From the NCBI GenBank assembly GCA_964270895.1, contig OZ185438.1: DNA of 64,000 nt; one strand, written 5' to 3'. This document shows positions 50,806-63,635 of this stretch, piece after piece. Source of the DNA: Podarcis filfolensis (Eukaryota). The notes under the pieces are model-generated. The model saw only the letters and a list, made by a program, of their open reading frames with translations, made no database searches and was not told the DNA's origin. A program made the position numbers and the translations under genes. Each line of letters starts with the position of its first letter. Position 1 is the stretch's first letter.

Positions 50806-51264
50806 TCCAGGGAGGGAATGAACAACACAGACTCTGAGCAACACCCAGAAGCATGGCTTTGATAGGCTTATGGTAGGTGGTCCTAGGCCTGCCCCCACTC
50901 CGCTATGTCTGTGTTTCCCCTCCATGAGTCAGGGGTGGGCCCCACAAAGGGGCCTTCCATGCCCAGGTCACCTGAGCTACTTTCTCCATTTGCAATAATA
51001 TGTTATTCCAACTTGCCCTTAAGCAAAAGGTCACCTGAGAGGGATCCAACATGGTGCCACCCAGATATTTTTGGACTACAAATCTTATTACCCCTGGCCA
51101 TTGTTCAGAAGATATTCAGGCGAGCTCCAGCCTTAGGTATAAAGTCTGTGTCGGATGAGTTTTCACTCCCCTAAAAATACATGTTCTCAACTTGGGAATG
51201 ATGCAGCTCTGCAATTTCCTAGAGAAGTTGGATGTGGCCACAGTCAGATTCATGCCATTCACAG

Positions 51265-51375
51265 TCATTCATGCCATTAGTCGATAGACTGGACCATTGT
51301 AACACAGTCTATGTGGAGCTGTCTTTCAAAAGTGACCACAAATGTCAGTGGGTTCAAAATCAGACTGCTGTTTGG
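51265..51375 (+). mobile_element. Old L2 fragment
   Basis: LVDRLDHCNTVYVEL...QWVQNQTA resembles L2 SRLDYCN...LQLVQNAAA. Confidence 0.5.
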
Positions 51376-53607
51376 GACATAATAGAAGGTGAATATATAT
51401 CCACTCTTATTTACCTGCATTGGTCCATGTGAGAAGGACCTCTTCTTTTGTGCCGCCCATACACACTGGACAGTGACGGACTTTGACCTTTCAATTCTCA
51501 GTGGCGACACCAAAATTCAGCACCCCTCGCATCTTGCCCTCCATTGTTCATCACTGTTGCAGCCCCCTGTGGCACCCTCTCAGCTGGGTGCCCACTGCAG
51601 ATAAACTAGTTGTGCTTCCCTAAATCCACCTCTGACACTAGAAAATCTTCCCAAAGGAGCCTCATTTGGCACCAGCATTGTTTAATTTTCAACTTCTGAT
51701 AAAAACTTGACTTTTTAGATTCATGACTTCTGCTTTGTGATATATTTTCTATCTTTTGAAGGCTGATGTTCTTGTGCTGTTATACTTCTGGTATCCCCTC
51801 CCCTCTGTTGCCTTTTGCCACCTTTATGACTGATGGTTTTACATGACTTATACAATGTTGTTAGCTGCTTTGATTTGCTTTCCATGAAAAGCAGGGTACA
51901 AATTATTAAAATAAGTAATCATATATGCCAACTGTGCCGGCTTAGAAGATAAATATTTCCCTTCCAGTCTAGCAGGTGTTTACAGTGCACTGGTGTCAGA
52001 TTAAAGCATGGTGCACAGGCTGCCCTGGTGCTTACAAAGACATGTACAGATCCCCTTAACAGACACATTGTTAGTGAAAAACACATGAGCAATCCTATTT
52101 GAATAAGGTTGAATCTTTGTAATTAGGAATGCAAACACATGCATTTACCAGAGGGAACCAGGATTGTAATTCTAAGTACAGTTTGAAAACAGAAAGCCGT
52201 AGATATCAAAGCAGATGCTTGAACAGCGTAGCATCATGAGTTTACCTAATAAGGAATTCTGACAGACTAATTTCAGTTAATTACAGAAGTCATTATTTAC
52301 AGAGATGTACTTACTGTAAAAGATTGCTTGGGCACTGCTGAACTGGATGACACAAATCACAGGCATCCAATTTGCAGGAAGGCTTGTTATGGTGTATGCC
52401 TATTAATTTTCTTGTTATTATTTTTGCACATTTTTTAAAAAAGCTTGCTTAAGGGTCCCATATTAAGCTGTCAATATTCATTCAGATCCACATTGCTTCA
52501 TCCACTTTTCTCCCAAGCAGAATAATTCAAACAGTTGCAAAAATACATTTTCCCCTTGATTTATTTACAAGACATCTACTAATTGCAACACTCTGACATG
52601 AAAATCTTAGTGATGACTGGAGACAGGTGAATAGGCCCCAAGCACTGAGGATGGGGCTTGGAGATTTGGAGGGACCCAGCTCAGACTGCAAGCCCATTAT
52701 GATGAAGGAAAAACCTGAGGCTAAATCAGAGGTCATATTTAAAGATAAAGGCCTGTTTCCCTGTTTTTCCATAGGGGTGTCCAGATCTGAGATGCCATGG
52801 GCCAGAACCAGAACAAACAACAGGTAAGCAAAAAGCAAGCAGCTGGCTGAAGCTCTGCTCTTGACAGCAAGAGAGAGATGTCCCATTCACATGTTGTTCA
52901 TGTGAAAGAGGCTCCATACATTATATGCATTCATTTACTGCAGATATATCCTGCCTTTCCTCACAAAGGAATCCAGGGCAGCAAATACACCAGTCTTAAA
53001 AATAATACACTTTTAAATCAATCACATATTCTCACAGCTAACCACTGCAAGGTTGCCAGAAACAGTAACTTTCAGCCATCAAATGCCTGGGTAAGGAGGA
53101 ATGTTTTCTAAATTCACCATGAGAGAAGGCATTCCACAGATGGCCAATCTTCCCATGTTTTGCCCCAATCTTCTCCCTCCTGGCAAGCACTGCAGTGTGG
53201 GGGGAAGCTGGGAGAGCATCACTACTAGCAGAGTAGCTAAAGTGCCACTAGGAAGTCAACATCATGTGCAATACTGACTATTTTCTTGAAATTGAAACAA
53301 TGTCCAATGTCAAAAAGCTTTTACTTGCAGAACATAAAGCTAAAGAAGAATGTATGCAAAGTGTTTACATGCTTCTCCAAGCACGGGCTTAGTTCTTCTT
53401 AGTTGAAGATCACAGCTTCTTCCTGAAACATTCATACAAACTGAGTCTTTCTCTGTTTCCAGTACTTGTACGCAGCCTTCTGCACATGACTCAGCTTGGC
53501 CATGCAGTTCCTTCTGAGAAGTTTCCACTTTCTCCTTCCAGCAGACTTCTGCTGACTGCTTCTTTGGGAGAACATCAACTTATGCATTTCTTTCTGTCAC
53601 ATGCATT

Positions 53608-54417
53608 GCGTGTTGAGTCCCACAATGCCACCCCCCAAAAAATTCACACTTCACACATCAATTTTTGTTCAAGGTTTTTGGCATAAATTTTGGCCACAAC
53701 TTTATTCAAAATACAAAAAATGTGAGTGGTTGCTTAGGCATTGGTTATGACTATCTGTCCTTGCCCTCAGGGACAGAGCTGGCCTTCCGGACACCAACGG
53801 AAGCCAGCGTGGGAAACAAGTATTGGGTGAGAAAATGAAGCTGGGCCTCAGTCCCTCACTTCTCACCCTCATGTTCCTTTGGGGCTTGCACGGCCCAAGT
53901 CCGACTCCGGGGACAAGGACGCCAAGAATGGCAAGCCCCTGGATTCCTTTAACGGAATTCCCTTTCCGCACCACCATTGGAGGGGTAGGCACTTACCCCT
54001 CCAAGAACCAATTTAACCAATGCCTAACCGCCAACCTTACAAGTTGTGACGATTTGCTACACAGTAGGCAAAAACCAAATGGCACCAGCCAATCAGCCAG
54101 ATGGCAAAATTCCTACCAGGCCCCTGACCCAAGGCAGACGACCCCATGACAGGCATAGCAAGGTCAAGCGATCAAGAAACCCCCCTAATTAAAGGGAGGG
54201 AGGGCGGGTGATCCGATGCAAACCGGCCAAGAGGACGCCCACGTTTGGGCGTCCTATATTTAAGGACTCTGACCCCTCCTCCAAATTAGCAACAATCCAA
54301 ATCCCCAACAACCTAATTTAACCACTTAAAGGCTTGGGCTCTCCCAAATCTGCCCAGTCATGCAGGGTGGCCTGTTCCCCCAACCGCAACACGTGCTCTC
54401 TGTTATGGAGAACACGC
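53608..54417 (-). mobile_element. Non-coding 'A-B' relic of the Ngaro-type YR element (810 bp), both termini intact
   Basis: Perfect 7-bp inverted ends GCGTGTT (53608-53614) / AACACGC (54411-54417), flanks att / ttt, no TSD; homologous to 45318-46002 and 49320-49739. Confidence 0.82.
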
Positions 54418-54857
54418 TTTCCCACAACAACATCAGCAGTCCGCTCCTCTATTGCATTTAGAGAGTTATCCGACACTGTTTCTTCTTCAGTGCTCATGGA
54501 GATGCAACCATTACGGTCAAGTCAGTCACACACAAAACAAAATGGAGACTATAATAAGATACCTCCCATGTGACCAGAGTTAACCAAACACACAAGAGTT
54601 ACTGGAGAACATTCCAAAATTAAACACACAGTAATGCATTTAAGCATTCCCAATTTCAGTAAGTTATATCACTATACTTCACAATCACGAGCCACTACTG
54701 GCCATATATAGGGAATACAGAAATGAGAAAGTCCAAGTTTGTTGAGTTCACCATTTACAGATTGTGGAGATACTGGAGACTAACACCACATTAGTTCTAC
54801 AGTTCTTCACTTTCCTTTAGGTTCTCATCACTCTTGCCCACCTTGTCCTACACTAGC

Positions 54858-55000
54858 TCAGGTGTGGGGAACCCTTGTCCCCCCAGATATTTCTGGACAA
54901 CATTTCTGACCACCCCTGGCCAATGGCCATGCTTGCTGGAGTTGATGGGAGCTGTAGTTTAGCAACATCTGGAGAGACAGAGGTTCATGGGCTACCTGGC
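54858..55000. mobile_element. Degenerate hAT-type MITE
   Basis: caggtgtggggaacc left end; tggccaatggccatgct...gatgggagctgtagt core as in the other MITEs. Confidence 0.55.
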
Positions 55001-57333
55001 CCTTTCTCCAAATTTCTCACACCTTTGCACAGACTCTCTGCATACCTTGGGCTAAACCTTTCAGTAAGCAAGTAATATGTGCTACAGTGCAATTTCACCC
55101 CCCTGTGCCTCTTTCAGATGGTTTCGCCTCTAACTTGGAAGGAGGCAGTAGCACAACATTCAAGCATCTTGATTCTTTTCTGTAACTGGCCCCCCACTGG
55201 TGTGGCTGGTTTCATCTATGCCACTATTATTAATCATTCTTATGGCTTGTTCTTCCATTTATTTTTATCTGTTTATTTATTTAAAGAAAGCTCAGTGCTG
55301 CTTACATGAGCTCCCAATTGCTTCCTATTGTGGCACTGCATTAGACAACTGCAGCAATGTTACAGCATTTGCTAGTTAGAAATATGTTGTCCTGCACTCT
55401 CCTCTTTTCCAGTTATATTCTGCTGAAACAATCTAAGATGTCCTTCTGTTGGACATTGTCATGGAAGATCCAGACTTAACAAGATGAACATTCCTTCAGT
55501 GGCAAGGACAGGTTTAACCTCACTGTTCTAGGTGCCCTCTTTTGGTGGTGTTCCAACAGAGGAAAAGTACATATTGTATGCTTTTCTTTGTTAAGTACAA
55601 AAACAACTTTCAAAAAGCATAGTTTGGAGGATGGATTTGGTACTACGGACAGCATTCAAGAGTGACTGAAGGGGTTTTGTTGTGCTATTGTCTCTAATTA
55701 TCCTGTCGTGTCCTAAATTTCGCATTCAGATTTTTTATTGTTTTTCTGAGTTGTGCAAAATTCCACAGGAGGAGGAAGTAGAATCTTGACATCTCAGCAG
55801 GTCTCAAACTGATTTTGCATCTGAGTATTTTTTTAAAAAGGAAACAACCTTAAAGATTGCCACTTCTCCCAAAAGGCAAGGTGGTTTAAAATATTTCATC
55901 CTATACCCCCTTTCTCACTAATGATTTTACAATCTGTTACATGCTATTTTCCTTCCTTTCTGTTTGTATTCTGGTCCCAATGAAATGCAGTGCGATCAGG
56001 ACTGAAACTTTTCCATTATGATATTAGGTAAGTGTTGTGTTGAAGAATAAAAATATATAAAAAGGCATAAATGTATTTTAAATGTCAGCCAGAAATAAAA
56101 CAGGTTTGTTCTGCCTTATATATTTGTCTCACAATCTGCTGAACATGGAAACAGCATCTCTCATCAGCAAGCCATATAGAACCTTTTCCAGTATTGGAAT
56201 GGGCATGCTTGTGGATTTGGTGTAAAAGAACTCTCCACCATCTGCTGTAAAAAGCCCTCCAACTCCAACATTGTGTTACTGTTTCCATCTGCACCTAAAT
56301 TAATTGCTTCATTCTGGATAACAGGCAGTGTGATAAAATACTAGTATCTTGCAGATTAACGTGAGAAAGGGTGGGCAAAGCGTTAAATGCAGCCATGTCT
56401 CAAAAAAGTTCTTCCATTCTCCTGTGGCAGAAGTGGGGAGGTGGCGTTGGGAGGGATAGTATATGTTTTTGGTCCATATATGAAGGAAATATAACACAAA
56501 GCCAAGGACATCAAAATGCTTGGTTGAATTGCTACCCAAACACAAAAGAATCCTTGTTGAAGCATCTGTGAGAGGCTTTCATCGGCAATAAGCATTGATG
56601 GTGATACTACAACAGTAGAAGAGATTACCTGGAAATATGACTTTCATTATATAGTACAGCCACTCTCAACAGCATTCATTTGATGCTTGATGAAAGCAAG
56701 CAGAAAGCTTGTGGAGTTAAATGATATAAGAAAATACAACACCAATGCTGCTGCTTCAGCCTCTTTTTTTAAAAAAATAATAATGAAGGAACTAAAAGTT
56801 GTAAAACTGAATGGAACTACCAAAGAAAGAAATGGTATGCACTGTACCTATGTCATACTCAGGGCAGACCCCTAAAATTAATGGCCAACCAGTACAATTG
56901 ATAGCAATTGATATATTTGGAGCATGACTTAAAATACGTACAACCCATTGCAATTAGATGAAAGAGGTGTAATCCCCCAACCCTACCTTGTATTGTAGAA
57001 ACCATGTGATATACCTTCAGAGCATTTATACCTGTCATGAATTTTTACCTCATTCTATACAGAGTGTCTATGGCTATAAACAATTTGGTGGGTCCATGTA
57101 CTATGAACGCATTACAAAGGCATAATCACCCATATTTCCTAAATTTGTGACCAAATGTTTCTTTCCATTCTAAAAGATCAGTTTGTCATGTAGAGCTAAC
57201 TAGTGCTTTTTTGTGATGGTACTCTCTGGTACAAAGTACTGGCACTGCTACTTTTGGCTGACCATGGCAGACATTTGTGTGCTGGAAACCACAGCATTTT
57301 ATCAAGAGGTAATGGCACCTCATACTTGAAGAC

Positions 57334-57334
57334 G

Positions 57335-57365
<31 letters not shown>

Positions 57366-57380
57366 CTACCACCACCACCA
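57334..57380. repeat. (AAC)n/(ACC)n microsatellite
   Basis: Direct reading. Confidence 0.93.
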
Positions 57381-57629
57381 GAAGCACTGGAGCTAATCTA
57401 CTGCCTACATTAATTCATTGAATAATGTCCATTGATGGTGCTCATCTTGAAATTGTTGCCTTTATATTATGTAGGGATCTGCATTACAAAATAGTAAACT
57501 AAAAAGCACCGGGGAGGTGACACAATCTATTGATCATTTTTGTTGCACTTTAAGAAGACTACCCAGCTACCTGCTTATAACGTTATACCCTCAATTACAG
57601 TATTTGTTTATAAACATATTTATATGGAT

Positions 57630-58446
57630 GTCCTTTGTGAGTGTCTGGAGGTAGTTAGAGGAGGGATGGCGGCTAATGGATGGAAGTGGAATCCCAACAA
57701 GACAGAAGTATTGTTTTGGGGGACAGAGGGCAGTCATGTGTGAGGGACTCCCTGGTCCTGAATGGAGTAACTGTACCCCTAAAGGACTAGGTGTGAGGCC
57801 TAGGAGTCATTTTGGACTCACAGCTATCCATGGAGGCACAGGTTAATTCTGTGTCCAGGGCAGCTGCCTACCAGCTCCATCTCATATACTGGCTGAGATC
57901 CTACCTGCCTGTGCACTGTCTCATCAGAGTGGTGCATGCTCTGGTTATCTCCAGCTTAGACTACTGCAGTGTGCACTATGTGGGGCTACCTTTGAAGCTG
58001 ACTCGGAAACTACAACTAATTCAGAATGAGGCAGCTAGACTGGTGGCTGGGAGCAGCCGCTGGGACCATATAACACTGGTCCTGAAAGACCTACATTGGC
58101 TTCCAGTACATTTTAAGCACAATTCAAAGTATTGGTGCTCACCTTTAAAGCCCTAAGCAGCCTCGGCCCTGTATATCTGGATCATCTCCACCCCCATCAT
58201 TCAGCCCTGGGATCCAGCAGAGAGAAGTGAAGCTACAGGGAAACAGGTAGAGGGCCTTCTTGGTATTGGCACCCACCCTGTGTTACACCCTTCCATCAGA
58301 TCTCAAGGAGGTGAGTAACTATATAACCTTTAGAAGATATTGAAGGCTTTTTAATGTGCAATGTTTCATTATGCCTTTATATGTGTTGAAAGCCACTCAG
58401 AGTAGCTGGGGCAACCCAATCAGATGGCTGAGGTACAAATAATTAT
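57630..58446 (+). pseudogene. L2 LINE 3' fragment (same subfamily as 31745-33017)
   Basis: NPNKTEVLFW, MEAQVNSVSRAAAYQLH, HALVISSLDYC, LHWLPV; the (att)n tail resumes at 59109. Confidence 0.88.
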
Positions 58447-58448
58447 TA

Positions 58449-59108
58449 CCCTGTTTCCCCAAAAATAACAGTGTCTTGTATTAATTTTTGCTCCCTAAGA
58501 GGCGCTAGGTCTTATTTTCAGGAGATGTCTTATTTTTCCATGAAGAAGAATACGACACACATTTACAGTGGTACCTCGGGTTACATATGCTTCAGGTTAC
58601 ATACGCTTCAGGTTACAGACTCCGCTAACCCAGAAATATTACCTTGGGTTAAGAACTTTGCTTCAGGACGAGAACAGAAATTGTGCTCCGGCGGCACGGC
58701 AGCAGCAGGAGGCCCCATTAGCTAAAGTGGTGCTTCAGGTTAAGAACAGTTTCAGGTTAAGAACAGACCTCCTGAACGAATTAAGTTCTTAACCTGAGGT
58801 ACCACTGTATTGTCTAATTGCGAGTCAGCCAGACTCTGTCAGGGCAGAGCGAGCAGCAGGCGGCAACTTGTCCTGGCAGCGGCGCAGGCTGTCTGATTTA
58901 AAGAGACCTCGCACTGCCTGAAGAGCTCCAGCTGCACTGCGGTCAATCAGTGAGCTGCGCGGCAGCGCCCACCACTATGGTCTAGAGGAGTCAGATGCCT
59001 TACAGTAGCTTCGGGGGCCTTATATTGCGGGGAGGCCTTATGTTTGGGGGATGCCTTATTATCGGGGAGGTCTTCTTTTCGGGGGATGTCTTACTTTCGG
59101 GGAAATGG
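58449..59108. mobile_element. Tc1/pogo-type MITE in the L2 (TTA)n tail
   Basis: TIRs ccctgtttccccaaaaataa / ttactttcggggaaatgg, TA on both sides, subterminal ~20-bp gggga..ccttat repeats. Confidence 0.75.
58566..58807. mobile_element. Tigger/pogo-type MITE nested in the preceding MITE (242 bp)
   Basis: 18-bp TIR cagtggtacctcgggtta / taacctgaggtaccactg (one mismatch), TA TSD, internal ttcaggtta repeats. Confidence 0.92.
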
Positions 59109-61986
59109 TATTATTATTATTATTATTATTATAGTCATAAAAAAACTCAGATCAGTTTACAACAGTCATACATAAAAAAGATGCAATTAGCATGTTATAA
59201 AAGTTTAAAATCAGAGATCCACAAACTATTACAGAAGGAGATTTACTTAATTGCCAGCACAAGATTGGCAGCATAGAAAAGTTGTCAAGAGGCACTTAAA
59301 GCTTAAATCAGAAGGTGCCTGTTGAACATTCCACAGGACTGGCCTGATAACACTAAAGGCTTAGTCTCTTCTTGCTGTCAAATTAGCCTCAACAACTCAG
59401 GGGACAACCAGCAATGTTCCTGCAGATGATCACAAGGGTCGAGCTGGGATTTAAGGGTTTATATTATTTATGTTTTTTATGTTATTCAGGACTTTGTAAA
59501 TCAATACATTTCCTTGCAAAGGACCTGCCCAGAACAGCAGCCATCCAACAGGATTGGCCCATTTGATTTTGATTTTATGATAGCACAAGGAAGTTCATCT
59601 ACCTTTCCACTGAAAAGGATTCACTGAGAATTTAGAGACGATGCCAGTAAAACATGTTTTGATCATCCTACACTCACTGTGAACTAAGCTTTCTTCTGAG
59701 AAATATTATTTCAGCTAAAAACTTGCACTTAATTGACATGAGCTGCAACTAGGTCTTTAATTTTGCACTAGCAATCAATTATGGCCACAATTATGCAAGT
59801 GCAATCAATTGCAAGCACAAATCATCTTTCTCTTCCCGATTTGTTCCTACAATTGATTGCACCTGTTAATTCTGGAATGTAGATTTTCACATAAATAATA
59901 ATTACTACAGAGTAGCAACAACTTATTTTTTTAAAAAAAGAAAAAAAGATTTAAGATGGTTGCTTACAATGTTCAGTGGTTGAAGTAATTTGCAGCAGGT
60001 AAGATCATACTGGCCGCAGCTTTCAGGTCTTAACAATTCATACAGGAGAGACTTTCCAAAGGACTTTCTTCTCACTTCGCTTCAATGGCTGGCCCTTGGC
60101 TGTGTGTATGTGCACAACACAGTGGCTGTTTCTTTCCATAGAAACCTCTGCTGTGACTCCCATATACAGTATACCTCACCAAATTACTATTGTAGCCATA
60201 TTGCACAGTGGAACAGACTGCATCCATTGTGTAGCTAAGCATACCCTTGACTGAAAGAATATATTTCAAAAATTGCTTGTTAGAGGTTATCATTTTTACC
60301 AGTAAAGCCTCTTTATTTGAAACTAGGGATGTTTCATGAATTCTTTTCTGCACTGCTATGTGGATTGGAATACAACCATCTTGCACATTTTGTAGTTCTC
60401 TTAATTTTGAAATTGAATATATTTAACTCCCCCCACCCCTCACACAGTAGGTCTGTCAGTGTGCATTGGATTTGCACACTGACAGACTTATTGTTTGTGT
60501 GTATGCCTCATCACAGTCCTGGATTTCCATGAAGCCAGGAATGGATTGGGTAGGGGAGCTCTACTCAAACTTCTGCATTGTCTAAAACTGCTATTTCCCA
60601 TTCAATATTTCCTCCGCTTGTTCTGTGAAATCTCTGCTCTTTTTAAAAAAGCCCGGTTCTGGTCATGGTCTCCCCATAGTCTCTCTCCATCCCTTGTACT
60701 GAACATCATCCCTGACTACTGGTCCTGCTAGCTAGGGATGATGGGAGTTGTCGCCTAAAAACAGCTGAACACCCAATTTTAGAGGGTCTCAGTCTAGGGG
60801 GTTAATGTGGGGGGGAATGGGGGGGTGTCAAGTGACATGAGCACAGTCCGTAGTCAGTTATACAAAGGAAGAAAAAGAAAACATAAAATGCTTGGTCATT
60901 TCATTAGGCGAAGTAAAGTAAGAAGCCACCTGCTTCTTAAAATCTTGTGGGGGGGAGGTTCATTTTCCTCCCATCACCCCAATGTATGATTGAAAAAGCT
61001 CTACATTGCTTCTACTTTGGAACCAAGACCTGATAATTCAGAATTTCAAACTCTGAGAAGAAATATGGATCAGGAAGAAGGGTCCTGACTAAAGTGCGAG
61101 GTTTTTACTTTCTGTGAGCTAGGAGCTTATGAAATGGCCGCCAAACAATGGAAGCATCAATAAATGGTTGGTTTTCACAGTAGGCTATATACATTGCACC
61201 CTCTTGCTAAAAGGCAGTTATAAGTGGCAACTTTTTTAAAAATAATAATAATAACACTTGGAATAATTTAGGAATAAATCAAGTGGCTATCTAGGTGAGA
61301 AGCTTTACAGCTTTTGTCTTTTGTTGTTGTGAGACCAGAACTGGTGGCAATTCAAGACAAGACACCTGGACTCTTTTGACCTTGCCAGAGCTTTCATTTA
61401 TGCTCTGTGCTCAAAACTGCCTGTGAAATCTAACTTTTGATGTTGTCTTGGATTTTCTTAAATTGAGTGATGGTATGTCTGGGCTATTTGTGATCGAACT
61501 GTGCAATGAAAGGTCTTCCCCCTCTTTTTGATGATAATCTTTTGATGGCAGGCATATATATTCTGTTCCAAAGCCAGGTGGCCTTTGTGTAAGAATTTAT
61601 TTGATGTGGTATCACTTATGTCATTTGAACTAGATTCTAATACAGTTCCCAAAGCACCATCTTTCTAATACCTCTTCTATATTCTCAGTGAATTGTAACT
61701 GTATATAGAAGAAAATCTGATGTATGTTTGGCCTCAGTGCGGGAAACTTTTAGGCAGGCTTTTAAAAAAGGACCCATTCATCTCAGGCCACCTTCTCCTA
61801 AATACGGCCTTTATTGTTAGAGAGCTATTTTAAGATGAATAATTTTTCTATGGCCACATGAAATTTATATTTTATTTATTTTTAACTGGCCAAAATGACT
61901 GATAGTGCTGCTGATATCCCACACTTCTATAAATTGTGCTTTTATGCCATGTAAGCTGCCTTGAGGGAGCAGTGCTACAATAGACG

Positions 61987-61987
61987 G

Positions 61988-62015
<28 letters not shown>
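61987..62015. repeat. (TCAA)n microsatellite
   Basis: Direct reading. Confidence 0.93.
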
Positions 62016-62018
<3 letters not shown>

Positions 62019-62709
62019 TATAGAATCATCCCAGGTAATTTCCCAGTGGTTTGAATATGACAAAATGATACAGTTATGCTGAGCAGAAGCAAAAAATTAT
62101 CATTCCACGTTAACAAAATTTCCAGGATAGAGAGAATAGGAACTGTTTTTTATATCAGTTTGAACTGATACAGGCTGATAGAGACTGCTGCAGAGGTGTC
62201 ACATGGCTGTGCATGAACTAGGCAAATTGGGCTTGAACATCTTCCTGACACATATCTTGCTTGCTCAATCAACATGTGTAGGGAAACGTGTTCCTCAGTG
62301 TCACTCCCTAGTAATGCCTCTCAGATCGTTTTGGGGAGATGGAATTCTCAACAAGATTTCTCAGGTTCTAAAAATCCCAGAAAAGTAAGAAAGTGGCAGC
62401 ACAATCACAGGTTCAAGTCACCTTTTGAAGACTATGACACTAATAACTTGCTACACAAATTGTACAGGTAGCTCCATTGTTTACAAGGTTGGCAACATTT
62501 TGTAAGATAATCCATGTGGAAAGAGTAGTTTTCAATGGCAAGGAGTGCTGTACAATTTGTTTTAGTGTTTGCTGGTCAAGAAGTTTACCTCTCTAAGACC
62601 ACCAGCTTGCTTCATCCAGTCAAGAGCAGATGTGTTTACCTTCATTTTCTGGGGCAGACTGTAGCTTGCAGGGCCATGGGGTTTGTGCCAATGGATGGAT
62701 GGTGGCTGA

Positions 62710-63005
62710 CGTGCCACTCAGTTCCATCTCAGTGCACCTGGCTGTTAACCAGAAGGTTGGTGGTTTGAGCCCGTCCAGAGACAGCTGTGGGCAGGATTCC
62801 TGAATTACAGGAGGTTGGACTAGATCAGTGATGGCCAAACCCGGCCCTCCAGCTGTTTTGGGACTACAACTCCCATCATCCCTAGCTAACAGGACCAGTG
62901 GTCAGGGATGATAGAAACTGTACTCCCAAAACAGCTGGAGGGCCAGGTTTGGCCATCACTGGACTAGATGGACGTCAGGATCCCTTCCAACTCTATGATT
63001 CTGTG
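62710..63005 (+). mobile_element. SINE with tRNA-Asn(GTT)-derived head and CR1 tail, split by a MITE
   Basis: ggctgttaaccagaaggttggtggtttgagcccgtccagagac resembles the 3' half of tRNA-Asn(GTT); tail gcaggattcctg...gttggactagat...cccttccaactctatgattct. Confidence 0.8.
62826..62961. mobile_element. hAT-type MITE (136 bp)
   Basis: Long near-perfect TIRs starting cagtgatggccaaac; perfect 8-bp TSD gactagat (62818-62825 / 62962-62969). Confidence 0.93.
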
Positions 63006-63537
63006 AGTCCTTGTACTGTGTTTGCAGTTGGCCATTTTTCAGAGCCCAAAGCAGATTTCCCTCCAGCAGCACCCTGGCTTCTGAAAAGGCTACACCAACT
63101 GTAGATGGTCATCTTCCTTTCTCCCAGTCTCACAAAATCCACTGATCATGTGTTAATGGGTTTTTATTTCATGTCACCAGGGATTCATCTTTTCCAACCT
63201 CTCCCTGCCCCAACCATATGACTTTTTTTAATTCCTAGTTCCACAGTTTCTGTTGTCTTCTTACAGAGCAAATCTCAAAAAGCAGACAGTCTGTTGCGTA
63301 GTAGTATTGTGAACAGCATAAGATAGCAAATATGATTTTTCAGAGAAAGTGTTTATTATTAACAAATGCAACAGTGCAATAAAGCTTGGATCAGGATCTT
63401 GCTTTATTTTGCCAATTCAGAATTTCTGAAAATTGTTCTTTCTGTAGCCTACAGCAGTTCTAATTGCTCTGAAAGTTGTTTGCTCTATGCAATGATTATT
63501 TGTACAAGTCTTCACCTTCCATGAAAGGCTATCATGA

Positions 63538-63620
63538 TCACAGAATCATAGAACTGTAGAGTTGGAAGGGATTCTGAGGGTTATCTAGTCCAATCCCCTG
63601 CGATGAAGGAATCTCAACTA
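63538..63620 (-). mobile_element. CR1 3' tail fragment
   Basis: cagaatcatagaactgtagagttggaaggg...ctagtccaatcccctgc. Confidence 0.75.
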
Positions 63621-63635
63621 GACCACTGACCATTT

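Noticed and set aside
53340-53590. Host exon disrupted by the YR relic
   Set aside because: Rejoining the flanks gives no continuous frame and no convincing splice sites.
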